In this document: positions 45,942-55,075 of the stretch, piece by piece
Position numbering within the stretch: position 1 is the stretch's first letter
Layout: every line of letters starts with the position of its first letter
IMG/VR virus record: IMGVR_UViG_3300012347_000452
Location: 1 to 64,000 of that record
Origin: a virus
Strand: one strand, 5' to 3'
Length of the DNA stretch: 64,000 nucleotides
Notes under the pieces: generated by a model
Seen by the model: only the letters and a program-made list of their open reading frames with translations
Told to the model about the DNA's origin: nothing
The model's database searches: none
Position numbers and translations under genes: made by a program

Positions 45942-46352
45942 CTACCACCAACTGTCATACAGACAGGCTTTGCCTTCGCCGATGGCGGCGCGGGCCTTGC
46001 CGACGAACTCGAGGACCGAGGCTTGGTCATCCTCGTCGAACAGCTCATCGCCGCCAAAGAAGAAGCCTGCCGTCGGTGTCAGGGCCTTAGCCTTCGCCAG
46101 CGACTCCAAGACATCGAGGTCTTCAGGCATGAGGCGCACCGTGGTGCAGTTGAAGGACGGCATGGTTCCGCCCTTCTTGCGATAGAGCTGCTCCATCCAG
46201 CCATGCAGGTGGTTGAACTTGCGCCAGTAGGCGAAGTAGATGTCCACACCCTCGACGGGATGGCCGTTGTCGAACAGCTTGTCTCCAAGGTCCACTTGCT
46301 GGTCGCCAACCAGCTCCGCAGGTGCGGTGTAGGCGTACATATCGAGTCCCAT
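45942..46352 (-). CDS. Conserved phage protein (MGLDMY/YWRK family)
   Basis: MGLDMY, AYWRKFNHLHGW, GFFFG, YDSWW. Confidence 0.8.
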   Translation of the reverse strand: MGLDMYAYTAPAELVGDQQVDLGDKLFDNGHPVEGVDIYFAYWRKFNHLHGWMEQLYRKKGGTMPSFNCTTVRLMPEDLDVLESLAKAKALTPTAGFFFGGDELFDEDDQASVLEFVGKARAAIGEGKACLYDSWW

Positions 46353-46370
46353 TCGGGTTCTCCTTGTTGC

Positions 46371-46400
46371 TTGTCAGAATCGACAAAATGAATTGTCACA
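46371..46400 (-). promoter_or_regulatory. Extended -10 plus GATTCT-loop hairpin
   Basis: TTGTC-GATTCT-GACAA. Confidence 0.6.
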
Positions 46401-46449
46401 GGTGAACTCAGGATATACCAGTCACCCGTGACAGATGCCCATCAGCCGA

Positions 46450-47148
46450 TCAACGGGCGTCGAGGAGCGTGACCAGCTTGTTCAGGGTCTCGTTGGCTTC
46501 GCTGACCTTGGCTTCGATCTTCTTGGACTTGGTCTTGACCGAGCCCAAGTCCTCGATCTCCTTCTCGACCTTCTTGATGGCGTCGATCAGTTGGTCGTCG
46601 GACATGGTGGTCACGTCCACGTTGTTGATGTAGGTCTTGTTGGCGATGGTGATTTGGTTGGACACGGGTTGCTCCTGGATAGGTTGAGAGAGGGGTTGAG
46701 AAGTCAGGGTGTCAACGGCTTCGCAAAGCTCTTTGACTTCCTGCAAATGTTGGCCGAGAGCGATCTCGGCACATGGATTCGTCGCTGGTGGGCGACGCTG
46801 AACGCCGTTTGGCGTGTAGTTGTAGCCTACGACGTTAAGGCGTTGAATTCGCACTTGGAACAAGATGCAATCGTCTTTAGCCCAAGTCGAGTCGGGCCCC
46901 TGACCGTCCATACGCCACCACATTTCGAGAAAGAGGAATGCCCATTCTTCGGCGTGGAAAATGTCAGGCGTGTTCGCGATCCGCTTGATTTTCTTGACGA
47001 ACTGTTCCACCAGCACCGTGAACTGGCCGAAGTTGCCGCGCTTCGCCTCATGTCTGGCCTTCATGACGAACTCATGTTCGTTTTCCAAAGCCCAGATGTA
47101 CTGCGTGGTGATGTGATCCACTCGGATCGGTTCCTGTCGTGCTGTCAT
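46450..47148 (-). CDS. Hypothetical with C-terminal coiled coil (possible internal start at 46665)
   Basis: 232 aa ORF; AGGAG upstream of an in-frame GTG. Confidence 0.65.
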   Translation of the reverse strand: MTARQEPIRVDHITTQYIWALENEHEFVMKARHEAKRGNFGQFTVLVEQFVKKIKRIANTPDIFHAEEWAFLFLEMWWRMDGQGPDSTWAKDDCILFQVRIQRLNVVGYNYTPNGVQRRPPATNPCAEIALGQHLQEVKELCEAVDTLTSQPLSQPIQEQPVSNQITIANKTYINNVDVTTMSDDQLIDAIKKVEKEIEDLGSVKTKSKKIEAKVSEANETLNKLVTLLDAR

Positions 47149-47516
47149 TTCATGTTCACTCCTTCATGGTTGGTTGCGATGAATGAATTACACCAGCGCA
47201 ATCTCGGACTTTGACCGTGCCTGCGCATCTTCCCTATCACTTGCCCTGCTCTCGCTTCACCCCTCGGGCAGATCAATTTAAACGACAGGCCTGCCAGCCG
47301 TTGGTGTCGGTGGTGCTCAGACCTTCACCACCTCTCGGAAAGCGCTCTACGGTCGTTCTAGTGGCAGGAGCGCGGTGCTCTGGTCGGTGTAATGACTCAT
47401 AAACCGAGCATTACATGGACTAATGCCACATTTATGATGCAAATCCTGGACATTGCGTCCCGAGTCCTTGGACCGTGGACAGGGTGAAAAATCAGGGCGC
47501 GAGGCCCTGATCGGTA

Positions 47517-47852
47517 TCACCACACGTTGGCGGCTGAGGTTGATGGCCTATGTGCCGCAGCGGGCTTGGGCGGGGCCGCTTCACCCACGATGTTGAGCAG
47601 GTTGGGCGAGACGCGCCAAGTGGTCGTATTCAGGCGCTTGCGAGTGATCGAATCCACCTCGTAGCCTGAGACGGTCTTGGTGTTGATGCGCTCCACATAG
47701 AGGTAGCGCTTGGCGTTTGTCCGGTCGAGAAACCAGCCGATGGCACCGCGACGCAGGCTGTTGTCCTTGCGCTTGGCCAATGTGTCGATGCACTTGTCTC
47801 GGATGGCCTGAAGCGCCTCCGAAGACATCGACTCCAGCTTGGTTAGATCCAT
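47517..47852 (-). CDS. Hypothetical (SH3-like)
   Basis: VERINTKTVS..WRVSPNLL; AGGAG RBS. Confidence 0.7.
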   Translation of the reverse strand: MDLTKLESMSSEALQAIRDKCIDTLAKRKDNSLRRGAIGWFLDRTNAKRYLYVERINTKTVSGYEVDSITRKRLNTTTWRVSPNLLNIVGEAAPPKPAAAHRPSTSAANVW

Positions 47853-47853
47853 T

Positions 47854-48222
47854 TCAATCTCCTTTGCGTTTAAATTCGGCGATCATCCGCCGTGCCCATT
47901 GCTTGCGGTGCTTCTGGACGTTCTCATGCGTGATGTCACGAGCCAAAACATTGCCCATGTACAGAAGCCAGGATTCGAGGCTGTTGTACGGGACCAAGCG
48001 TTGCTCGATCATGTCTTTGACCTCCTTGATCCTTTGCTCCACGCGCAGTTCGGCGCGATGCTCGATGAACATCCAGTTCTTGTGTCCACCCCGAGCAGCT
48101 CGCATGATGGCGTGACAGAGGTATTCCTCCTTTTTTGCCTGACACACCTCGCCATAGTCTTTGCCATTCCAGAGGTAAGGAAGGGCCTGACGGATGAGGT
48201 CTGAAGTTTTAAGGGTTTGCAT
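47854..48222 (-). CDS. Hypothetical
   Basis: YLCHAI..LESWL..RKQWARRMI. Confidence 0.65.
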   Translation of the reverse strand: MQTLKTSDLIRQALPYLWNGKDYGEVCQAKKEEYLCHAIMRAARGGHKNWMFIEHRAELRVEQRIKEVKDMIEQRLVPYNSLESWLLYMGNVLARDITHENVQKHRKQWARRMIAEFKRKGD

Positions 48223-48294
48223 AAAGTGGTGCCTTTCATCGCAGTGCTCCAAACACGAAGCACTCTGATGAAAGGGGCACGAGGCCCCCTTCGA

Positions 48295-49134
48295 TCACTC
48301 GATGCCCATCTTCAGCTTCATCACATCGACGATGGCGCTGTCGGGGTTGATGACCATGCGTCCACGTTCGCGCTGGGTGATACCGAGAATCGGGAACAGC
48401 ATGAACATCTGGTTCGCCTGACTTGCCGCAGTGCCTGGCGAGTACGGCTTGGACAGCAGGTTGGTCTGCAAGTTGCCTTTGTTGCCCGATGTCAGCTCAC
48501 CCTCCTTGAGCAGCACTTGGAACGAGCGGAGCAGAACCTCATTCAGGGCTGACGTATCCTTGCCCGACGCGATCCAGGTCAGAAGCATGATCGCCTTGTC
48601 CTTGACCTTGTCGGCGATGGCATTGCGGTCGTTCATGTCCGCGATGAACAGGTCGGCACGCTCGTTGGCGGCGTCGATCGTGTCCGTCTTCATGAAACCC
48701 AGCCAAGTCTTGTCACCGCCCAGCAGAGCCATCAGACGCTCGCCAGGCTTGTGCGTGGTGGAGGTGATGCGAGGCGTCTTCGGCTCTTTCGGCTCACCGT
48801 CAGCTTTGGGCTGCTTCGCTTTCTTGGCCTTGATGGTCTTCTCGTCAGGCAGCGCGTCGGTGGCGGGCTTGTCAGCTTCGGCAGTCTCCTCGACCGCGTC
48901 GTCCTGTTCAGCGTAGACCGCCTGAACGGCCTCAGCCTTGTGAATGTCGGCGACTGCGGCTTCGAGCGCGTCTTCGGCGACAGCTTCGTCGTCGGCGGGC
49001 TCGATCACCTCATCCAGATCACCGAGCATCGAGGACAGGAGGGCGTCATCGTTGGTGCTGACTTCGGCGTCTTGAACACCGAGCATCTGGAAGAACACGT
49101 CGTCGATGGCGGGGGTGGCGTTATGCTTGCTCAT
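48295..49134 (-). CDS. Protein with acidic N-terminus, K/P-rich linker and putative C-terminal winged helix
   Basis: D/E-rich first ~100 aa; YSPGTAASQANQMF helix; GGAG RBS; own promoter (TACAGT near 49203). Confidence 0.8.
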   Translation of the reverse strand: MSKHNATPAIDDVFFQMLGVQDAEVSTNDDALLSSMLGDLDEVIEPADDEAVAEDALEAAVADIHKAEAVQAVYAEQDDAVEETAEADKPATDALPDEKTIKAKKAKQPKADGEPKEPKTPRITSTTHKPGERLMALLGGDKTWLGFMKTDTIDAANERADLFIADMNDRNAIADKVKDKAIMLLTWIASGKDTSALNEVLLRSFQVLLKEGELTSGNKGNLQTNLLSKPYSPGTAASQANQMFMLFPILGITQRERGRMVINPDSAIVDVMKLKMGIE

Positions 49135-49594
49135 GGAAAAATCTCCGTTGAAAGTTGAAAAAAACAAGTTGAAGGACTGGCATCGAATACTTCGACAATT
49201 GAACTGTATCGCTCGAATCTAGGAGTCACAAGCATCTTGCTTGGGGACTTTTCAAACTGCCTTCGAGGTACATTTCTTATGCGCCGCTTCGATGGTTTGA
49301 ATTATGACCAGCGCGGCTAGGAGAAACAACCACATCTCAGGACACTTCGTAGGGAACCTGCCGTGGTCAGGAACTGAATAGATAAGGCGCGTGCGCGTGC
49401 GCGAATAACCTGCGAACTCAGGAGCTTCAAGTGGTGGCTTTGGGCACTTGATTGGCACGGTGGCAGGGTGGCAGGGTTCGTTGGAAGACTTCCTAGGATG
49501 TCGAGGCCCAGGAAAAAGGCACCGGATGGTGCCTTGTTATGGATGAATGCGTGAATGAATACGCCTAGCTGGCCATACAGCCAGCTACCCGTAC

Positions 49595-50035
49595 CTACCA
49601 GGCCGCGCCGAAGTCCGGTGGTGCGTCTTTCAGGGTCGATGTCGGTGCATCAGGATCGGGCGGCGGTGGGGGTGCAAGGTGGTTGTCCACCTCGACCAGA
49701 TGTCCATCGTCGTTGATGTGGCAGTCCGCCCAGGTGATGAGAAACTCCTCGTACCCGTTCAGGGCATCCGCCTCATAGGCGAATGTCGTGCCATCTCTCG
49801 GATCGGGTCGCAGCTTGCCTTCGGCGTCATAGTTCATGATCCGAATGGTGAACAGTGGCCAGGTGTCCCGAAAGCTCGTCTTCTGTTGGAGCGTGAGCGC
49901 TCCGTTCCAGATGAGGCGAACCTGAACCTTGCCGTTGTCGAACTCTTTTAGGGTTCGGTAGGTCGGGTCGGCTGTCATCAACTTCCACTGCGCGCCACTC
50001 ATGGGCATGCCTTCTCGATTGAAATACAGGGCCAT
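49595..50035 (-). CDS. Hypothetical
   Basis: GGAG RBS, start at MALYF. Confidence 0.7.
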   Translation of the reverse strand: MALYFNREGMPMSGAQWKLMTADPTYRTLKEFDNGKVQVRLIWNGALTLQQKTSFRDTWPLFTIRIMNYDAEGKLRPDPRDGTTFAYEADALNGYEEFLITWADCHINDDGHLVEVDNHLAPPPPPDPDAPTSTLKDAPPDFGAAW

Positions 50036-50523
50036 TAAATCTCCAGTTCCGGTTGTTTGAGGGTGAACCACAGTGGCTCGATTTGATTCGTCCACTTGCA
50101 GAAGCGAGCCTTGTCGCCCAGGTAGAAGCGACGGTAGGCGATGACGGGGTCGTCCGTGCGGTATTGCTCGGGCATGCACTGGACGAACTCCTGGAGCCCC
50201 GCCCTGGGCAGCGCCGGTGGCATGTGACGGAGCTCGCCTTTGAGGAGCTGCTCACACGCATGGGTCTTGCCGTAGCGCAGGGTGTACTCAGCGCACAGGG
50301 CACGGCCGTGATGCCAGAGCCAAGCGAAGTTGTGAGCCGTCTTGCCTGCCCAGATCGTGCAGGGATGGCCTGCATGGGTGGGTTTGTAGCGTGCCGACCC
50401 GCCATGTGCCTTGATGATGGTGGCCAGCATCTGGCAGGTCTCGGTCGCCATCTTCACGACATGCTTGTCACAGGCCATCGAGGCAGCGGTGTACGGGTCG
50501 CGGTGCAGGACGAAGATGTTCAC
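50035..50523 (-). CDS. Pyrimidine-dimer DNA glycosylase / endonuclease V family
   Basis: MNIFVL..CDKHVVKM..QML, HPCTIW, EYTLRYGKTH, AYRRFY. Confidence 0.85.
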   Translation of the reverse strand: MNIFVLHRDPYTAASMACDKHVVKMATETCQMLATIIKAHGGSARYKPTHAGHPCTIWAGKTAHNFAWLWHHGRALCAEYTLRYGKTHACEQLLKGELRHMPPALPRAGLQEFVQCMPEQYRTDDPVIAYRRFYLGDKARFCKWTNQIEPLWFTLKQPELEI

Positions 50524-50876
50524 GCCAGCAGCTCCTCTGGAATCTCCACCTCGTCGCCCAGCCTAGATGCCACGTAGCACCGCATGGCCGCAATGAGTGG
50601 TGTTGGGCCTAGATATGGCTTCTCCTCGTGCGAATAAAACACCCAATCATCAAGGTGTGGCTTGTTTGCGTAACGCTCCCGCTCGATGAGCGCCCCGCCC
50701 TGCGCCCAACTCTTGCTCGGGTGAAAGTGGTTCTTGCCACCGTTCTTCTGAGGGATGACCCAGATGCCTTTGCGGCGAATGTCCGGATTGATGTAGACCT
50801 TCTTGGGGCCGTACTCGATGATGGCGACGGCATAGTTGAGAGCCTCGCCGATCAGCTCGGATGTTTTGATTCTCAT
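50520..50876 (-). CDS. DUF2591 / NinX family protein
   Basis: KTSELIGEALNYAVA, PSKSWAQGGALIERE, GPTPLIAAMRCYV. Confidence 0.85.
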   Translation of the reverse strand: MRIKTSELIGEALNYAVAIIEYGPKKVYINPDIRRKGIWVIPQKNGGKNHFHPSKSWAQGGALIERERYANKPHLDDWVFYSHEEKPYLGPTPLIAAMRCYVASRLGDEVEIPEELLA

Positions 50877-50877
50877 G

Positions 50878-51453
50878 TCAGTACGCCTTGAACATCCAGT
50901 CTTCGACCCTGAACGTGCGCATGGTGCGCCCGTCCACATGAGGCTCGAGGATGATTGATTCATCCGTGACTGAGTCGCCCTCAAAGACGAGAACGACTGC
51001 GTCCTTGCTGAATTGAATGGAGTGGATCTCGTTGTGGTGCATGAAGTACCACTGGCCTGGCTGGTAGGTTTTCGTGATGCGGCCGTAGCGGCGGGTCTCG
51101 ATCTCCTCACGCTCGTACTTGCCTGGCTCGCCACCGTAGACGAGCTTGGAGACCATGAACTCGTCGCTCCACTTCTCCATGCCGGCCGCATATTGCTGGT
51201 AGGTCGTGTTGTCCACACTGCCCTGAAGCACCATGCAGGCCAGGTCGAACCGATGGCTGTGAGGCGTGATCGGCATGTCCTGGGTGCGCGTGTTGCGGAA
51301 GATGCGAATCTTGGCGCTGGCGCTGGGCAGTGGGTCTTGCCCGATGATCGTGCTGGTCAAGCCTGGCACGATGTAGTTGGCCATGCTCCCGTACCCCATG
51401 TCCAAGAGGTGGTGGATGACATCGGTGTCGATTTTCGGGTCAATTCTTTCCAT
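50878..51453 (-). CDS. Cupin-fold protein
   Basis: PHSHRFDL..VLQG, IHSI metal motif. Confidence 0.7.
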   Translation of the reverse strand: MERIDPKIDTDVIHHLLDMGYGSMANYIVPGLTSTIIGQDPLPSASAKIRIFRNTRTQDMPITPHSHRFDLACMVLQGSVDNTTYQQYAAGMEKWSDEFMVSKLVYGGEPGKYEREEIETRRYGRITKTYQPGQWYFMHHNEIHSIQFSKDAVVLVFEGDSVTDESIILEPHVDGRTMRTFRVEDWMFKAY

Positions 51454-51592
51454 GAGAGTTCTCCTCGATAAGTGATTCGTCCTTCTTTGAAGGCTTTTTG
51501 GGTTGATGTTTGCCGGCGTTGCGCTTGGGGTTGACGATGAACTCGCGGACCACCGGGTTGCGGCGCGTGACCTTCTTCTTCTTGCGGGTCAT
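51440..51592 (-). CDS. Small basic protein
   Basis: MTRKKKK..RNPV..NAGKH; ATGA overlap. Confidence 0.55.
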   Translation of the reverse strand: MTRKKKKVTRRNPVVREFIVNPKRNAGKHQPKKPSKKDESLIEENSHGKN

Positions 51593-52053
51593 GACCAGTC
51601 GCCTTCGGGCATGATCTTGCGAGCAGAAACGATGACGCGAACGCTCATCCGTTCTGCCTCGTCGAAGGTCATGGGGCGCTCGTTGCCCTTGTCGTCCACG
51701 ATGCTCACGGCGTCCGAGAGAAAGGCCGCATCGGCTGCGTTGTTGCGATCCAGCGTGCGCTGAATGCCGCCGCGCCCGTGAGTGCCGCTCCATGTTTCGT
51801 AGTGCACAGCAGAGGCTGACTCCACGATGTCGAAGCAGTGGTGGTCGATCAGGTAGGCGTTGATTTCGATGTTGTCCACGTCCACCGGGTACGTGGGGAT
51901 GGGGTGTGTCATCGACTGCGAGTCCACGAAGGTGATCTTCATCCGAAGCGTCTTCATGTGGCCCAGACCCAGCGTCTTGTTGAAGACTTGGCGCAGGCCG
52001 AAGTCGTTCAGGACCACGGTGTCGCCGACTTTGGGGACGGGGTGGGCCTTCAT
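51589..52053 (-). CDS. Hypothetical
   Basis: Operon packing and codon usage. Confidence 0.6.
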   Translation of the reverse strand: MKAHPVPKVGDTVVLNDFGLRQVFNKTLGLGHMKTLRMKITFVDSQSMTHPIPTYPVDVDNIEINAYLIDHHCFDIVESASAVHYETWSGTHGRGGIQRTLDRNNAADAAFLSDAVSIVDDKGNERPMTFDEAERMSVRVIVSARKIMPEGDWS

Positions 52054-52217
52054 GACTTCGCCGCCTTCTGTTGCCGCTTGTACTCGCGGCAGGCCAGTGC
52101 ATAGCGCGAGTTCGCCTCCTGGGCGGCCCGCTTGAGCTGTTCGAGTTCCTCTTTCGTCATGGTTTTCTCCGTTGCAATAAGTTGCTGGTGACTGAATTTT
52201 AGAACGCGAACGTAGGG

Positions 52218-52631
52218 TCAGTGGTGTTCCTCTGCGGTTGCCTCAGAAGTCTCCACCGGCGTCTTGGTGTCGTGTGGGTTCAGGCTGATCGCTTGGTAGC
52301 CCGAGCCACGCAGCATGTCGTCCAGGGCTCTTTGCTTGTCCTCTTCCGACAGGTCGCGCTCGATGACTTCCGTGGTGATGAAGCCGTTGGCGTTGCCCGC
52401 GAAGCCCGCGCCGATCGACAGACACAGGAACGACAAGCTCGACCACAGCGACTTGGCGAATGGCCAGAGGCTGTTGAACCACAGAATCTGCGGCAGGTGG
52501 ATGATCGGCGAGACCACGCCCGCGATCAGCGAGTCCGCATAGCTCGGATTGGGACCGAGACGAAACTGGCCAGGCGATGGCAGGTTGGTTCGGGCTTCTT
52601 TGTACTCAAAGGCTTTGAATTGGATGGGCAT
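52218..52631 (-). CDS. Membrane-associated hypothetical
   Basis: Start at MPIQF, hydrophobic core. Confidence 0.55.
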   Translation of the reverse strand: MPIQFKAFEYKEARTNLPSPGQFRLGPNPSYADSLIAGVVSPIIHLPQILWFNSLWPFAKSLWSSLSFLCLSIGAGFAGNANGFITTEVIERDLSEEDKQRALDDMLRGSGYQAISLNPHDTKTPVETSEATAEEHH

Positions 52632-52632
52632 A

Positions 52633-52896
52633 TCAGGGGAACTTGTAGAGTGAAGGGATGGAGAAGCGGTGAAGCTCGGTTTGGGTGACGGCAATGGAGA
52701 TGACCTCCCATTGCTTCATGTCCTCGATCAGATAGTCGGGGAACTTGCCGTCGTTGTCCTTGTGCAGGTTCAGGTGGTTCTTCAGGGCACCGATGCTGTT
52801 CCACACCTTGCCCTTTCGAGTCCAGTTGGAGGGCGTGCCACCGGTCTTGTAGAGACCCAGGCGCTTGTGGTGGATCATGTAGATGGTCGTGCTCAT
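52633..52896 (-). CDS. Conserved phage hypothetical
   Basis: GLYKTGG..WTRKGKVW..LKNHL. Confidence 0.7.
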   Translation of the reverse strand: MSTTIYMIHHKRLGLYKTGGTPSNWTRKGKVWNSIGALKNHLNLHKDNDGKFPDYLIEDMKQWEVISIAVTQTELHRFSIPSLYKFP

Positions 52897-53195
52897 GGCG
52901 ACACCATCTTGCAGCCGTAGTTCTGACCCTTCTTACTGAAGGTGAAGCGCCCTGTGATGTGCCCGTGATTCATCTTGCTGACGATGTCGGCGAAATCCGA
53001 GACGAACATGGAGACCGTCTGGCCACTCACACGCTTGAAGGTAAACGTAACGGACGAGCGCCCTCTGCCGTAAGACTGAAACGTCAAGGTGTCCTCGAAC
53101 TCGAAGTTGTCCACCATCGCGTCGATTCCGTAGCCCTCGTAGTCCATCTGGTTGCCGTTCTTGTCGAAGGGGATTTTGTAGTTTGTCTTTGCCAT
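52893..53195 (-). CDS. Conserved phage hypothetical
   Basis: GRGRSSVTF..FSKKGQNYG. Confidence 0.7.
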   Translation of the reverse strand: MAKTNYKIPFDKNGNQMDYEGYGIDAMVDNFEFEDTLTFQSYGRGRSSVTFTFKRVSGQTVSMFVSDFADIVSKMNHGHITGRFTFSKKGQNYGCKMVSP

Positions 53196-53204
53196 AGCTT
53201 TCTT

Positions 53205-53552
53205 TCAGAATGAGCCCCAGACGCCTTCGTAGCGAGGCGGGAGCCCTTTGGGATTGGTGATGGGGTAGTTCTCAACCACCGACCCACTGATGACCTTGGC
53301 GATTCTTTCGATGCGCCAGGGTGTGTAGATGGACCAGGCGCCACCGTTCTTCGTGACAGTCTCGTCCAGGCAGTCGATGCGATACCGGAAGTCGAGGTAG
53401 TCGAAAGTCCACCAGATCGTGTCGCCCATGCGGCCGCGATGGTTGGCCAAGACGTTGACACGCCTGCTGTCCCAGGCTTCAGCCAACGTCGAGAGCAGGC
53501 TTGCGGAGAAGCCCACGCACTCGATGTTCTCGTAGTTCTCGGGCCAGTTCAT
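53205..53552 (-). CDS. Hypothetical
   Basis: ATGA overlap. Confidence 0.6.
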   Translation of the reverse strand: MNWPENYENIECVGFSASLLSTLAEAWDSRRVNVLANHRGRMGDTIWWTFDYLDFRYRIDCLDETVTKNGGAWSIYTPWRIERIAKVISGSVVENYPITNPKGLPPRYEGVWGSF

Positions 53553-53770
53553 GATGGCGTCCGTTCGACTTTGACCGTGACGGCCAGTGGCAGAGCGTTC
53601 AGCAGGATGGTTCCACCCGCCACCGCGATGACGAGCAGGACCGCCCCCACCATGCCGGTCTCACGATCGCCCAGCGCCATCCAGGCGAGGATCAGCACGA
53701 ACGACAGTCCGAGCATCACCGTCAGGATCGCGCCGCACACGAAGATGCCGAGGTAGGTGAGGATGCTCAT
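53549..53770 (-). CDS. Two-TM membrane protein
   Basis: Start at MSILT, hydrophobic. Confidence 0.65.
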   Translation of the reverse strand: MSILTYLGIFVCGAILTVMLGLSFVLILAWMALGDRETGMVGAVLLVIAVAGGTILLNALPLAVTVKVERTPS

Positions 53771-54372
53771 GCGGGCACCCCTGGCGCGTCGTGACAGTTG
53801 GCAAAGCCAGCCATCTTGCGAAGCTCTTTGGGGAGCTGGTAGAAGCCGCGATCCAGGCCCTTGAAGAACGCCTCCATCATCACGATGGCGTCGTAGTCGG
53901 CGGCGTGAGCGGCAGTCGGGTCGTAGGGCACACCGAGCGCGAAGCACAGTTCGCCCAATCGAGGCAGCTTGCCATCGGGACAGGCCCACCTGGCGTTCTC
54001 CATCGTGCAGAGGCTGTGAATGTCGGGGACGTTCACCCCGATGCGGTTCAGTTCGCCAGCGATGAAGGGGCCGTCGAAGCCCATGTTGTGAGCAATCAGG
54101 AGTTCACCCGTACTCATGCGATCGGCGATGTCCTGAGCCACGTCTTCCCACTTGGGTTGCCCCACGAGCTCCGAGTAGCTGATGCCATGCGCCGCTTGGG
54201 CACCTGGATCGATGGCACGCTCGGGGTCGATGCGTTGCACGTACTTGTCCAGAAGCGTTTGGGTCTCCAGGTCGTAGGTCAGCAAGGCAATCTCGATGAT
54301 GCGATGCCCGCGAGCCTGTTCGAGACCAGTTGTCTCTGTATCCAAACCTATAATTTTCACAGCTTTCTCCAT
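53767..54372 (-). CDS. DEDDh 3'-5' exonuclease (DNA pol III epsilon-like)
   Basis: LDTETTG, IAHNMGFD, AHAADYD; start at 54372 or GTG 54360. Confidence 0.92.
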   Translation of the reverse strand: MEKAVKIIGLDTETTGLEQARGHRIIEIALLTYDLETQTLLDKYVQRIDPERAIDPGAQAAHGISYSELVGQPKWEDVAQDIADRMSTGELLIAHNMGFDGPFIAGELNRIGVNVPDIHSLCTMENARWACPDGKLPRLGELCFALGVPYDPTAAHAADYDAIVMMEAFFKGLDRGFYQLPKELRKMAGFANCHDAPGVPA

Positions 54373-54890
54373 GTTTTCCCCCGACACACGGCGGCCGCGT
54401 ACATCGGGTGGATTTCGTACTTCTCGCCAAGCTCATCGAATGAAGCGCCTGCTTCTCTGAGACTGCGCATCTCCAACACTTGTGATTCGGCCAGCTTGGC
54501 TCTTCCATTCATTTCACCGTCCGCCGAACGAAGTGAGCTTGCATAGGCGTGACGCAGGTTGTCCGCCTCCAAACACCACTCCAAGTTGCCGACCCGGTTA
54601 TTCGACTTCACGCCATCCTTGTGATTGACCTCGGGCAGAAGCCCTGGGTTATCGATGTGGATAAGCGCGACAATGCGATGAACAAGGCAGCAATGCGATT
54701 TCTTGAGCGCCTTATCCCAAAGCACGACCTGTTCGTACCCTGTCTTCGGATGAATTTTTGTCTTCAGGACTCGAGACGAGCCACCACGGTAGGCGTTTCG
54801 AGAGATGAGGCACCCATCGACCGTGACCTCGTATTCGCCACCGCTGAACTTCGCCTTGATCCATTTGTCCTTGTCGGCGCTAGGACTCAT
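54357..54890 (-). CDS. HNH homing endonuclease (NUMOD4/HNH type)
   Basis: VHRIVA..EVNHKDGVKSNNRVGNLEW. Confidence 0.92.
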   Translation of the reverse strand: MSPSADKDKWIKAKFSGGEYEVTVDGCLISRNAYRGGSSRVLKTKIHPKTGYEQVVLWDKALKKSHCCLVHRIVALIHIDNPGLLPEVNHKDGVKSNNRVGNLEWCLEADNLRHAYASSLRSADGEMNGRAKLAESQVLEMRSLREAGASFDELGEKYEIHPMYAAAVCRGKTWRKL

Positions 54891-55075
54891 TTCTTATCCT
54901 CGATGGGTTTCAAGCGGGCGTAGCCGTCGATGCTCCAGAAGTAGTCGCACTTGTCGCCCTTGATCGGCGGCATCGTGAAGTACGACTGACGGAACTCGTT
55001 GGGGATGGCGCGAAAGCGGTAGCACTCGTTGGCTGACGGGCAGCCGGTGCCGTTGCACATGGCGAGGTCTGGCAT
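54887..55075 (-). CDS. Small Cys-rich protein
   Basis: MPDLAMCNGTGCP..CYRF..QSYF..CDYFW. Confidence 0.7.
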   Translation of the reverse strand: MPDLAMCNGTGCPSANECYRFRAIPNEFRQSYFTMPPIKGDKCDYFWSIDGYARLKPIEDKK

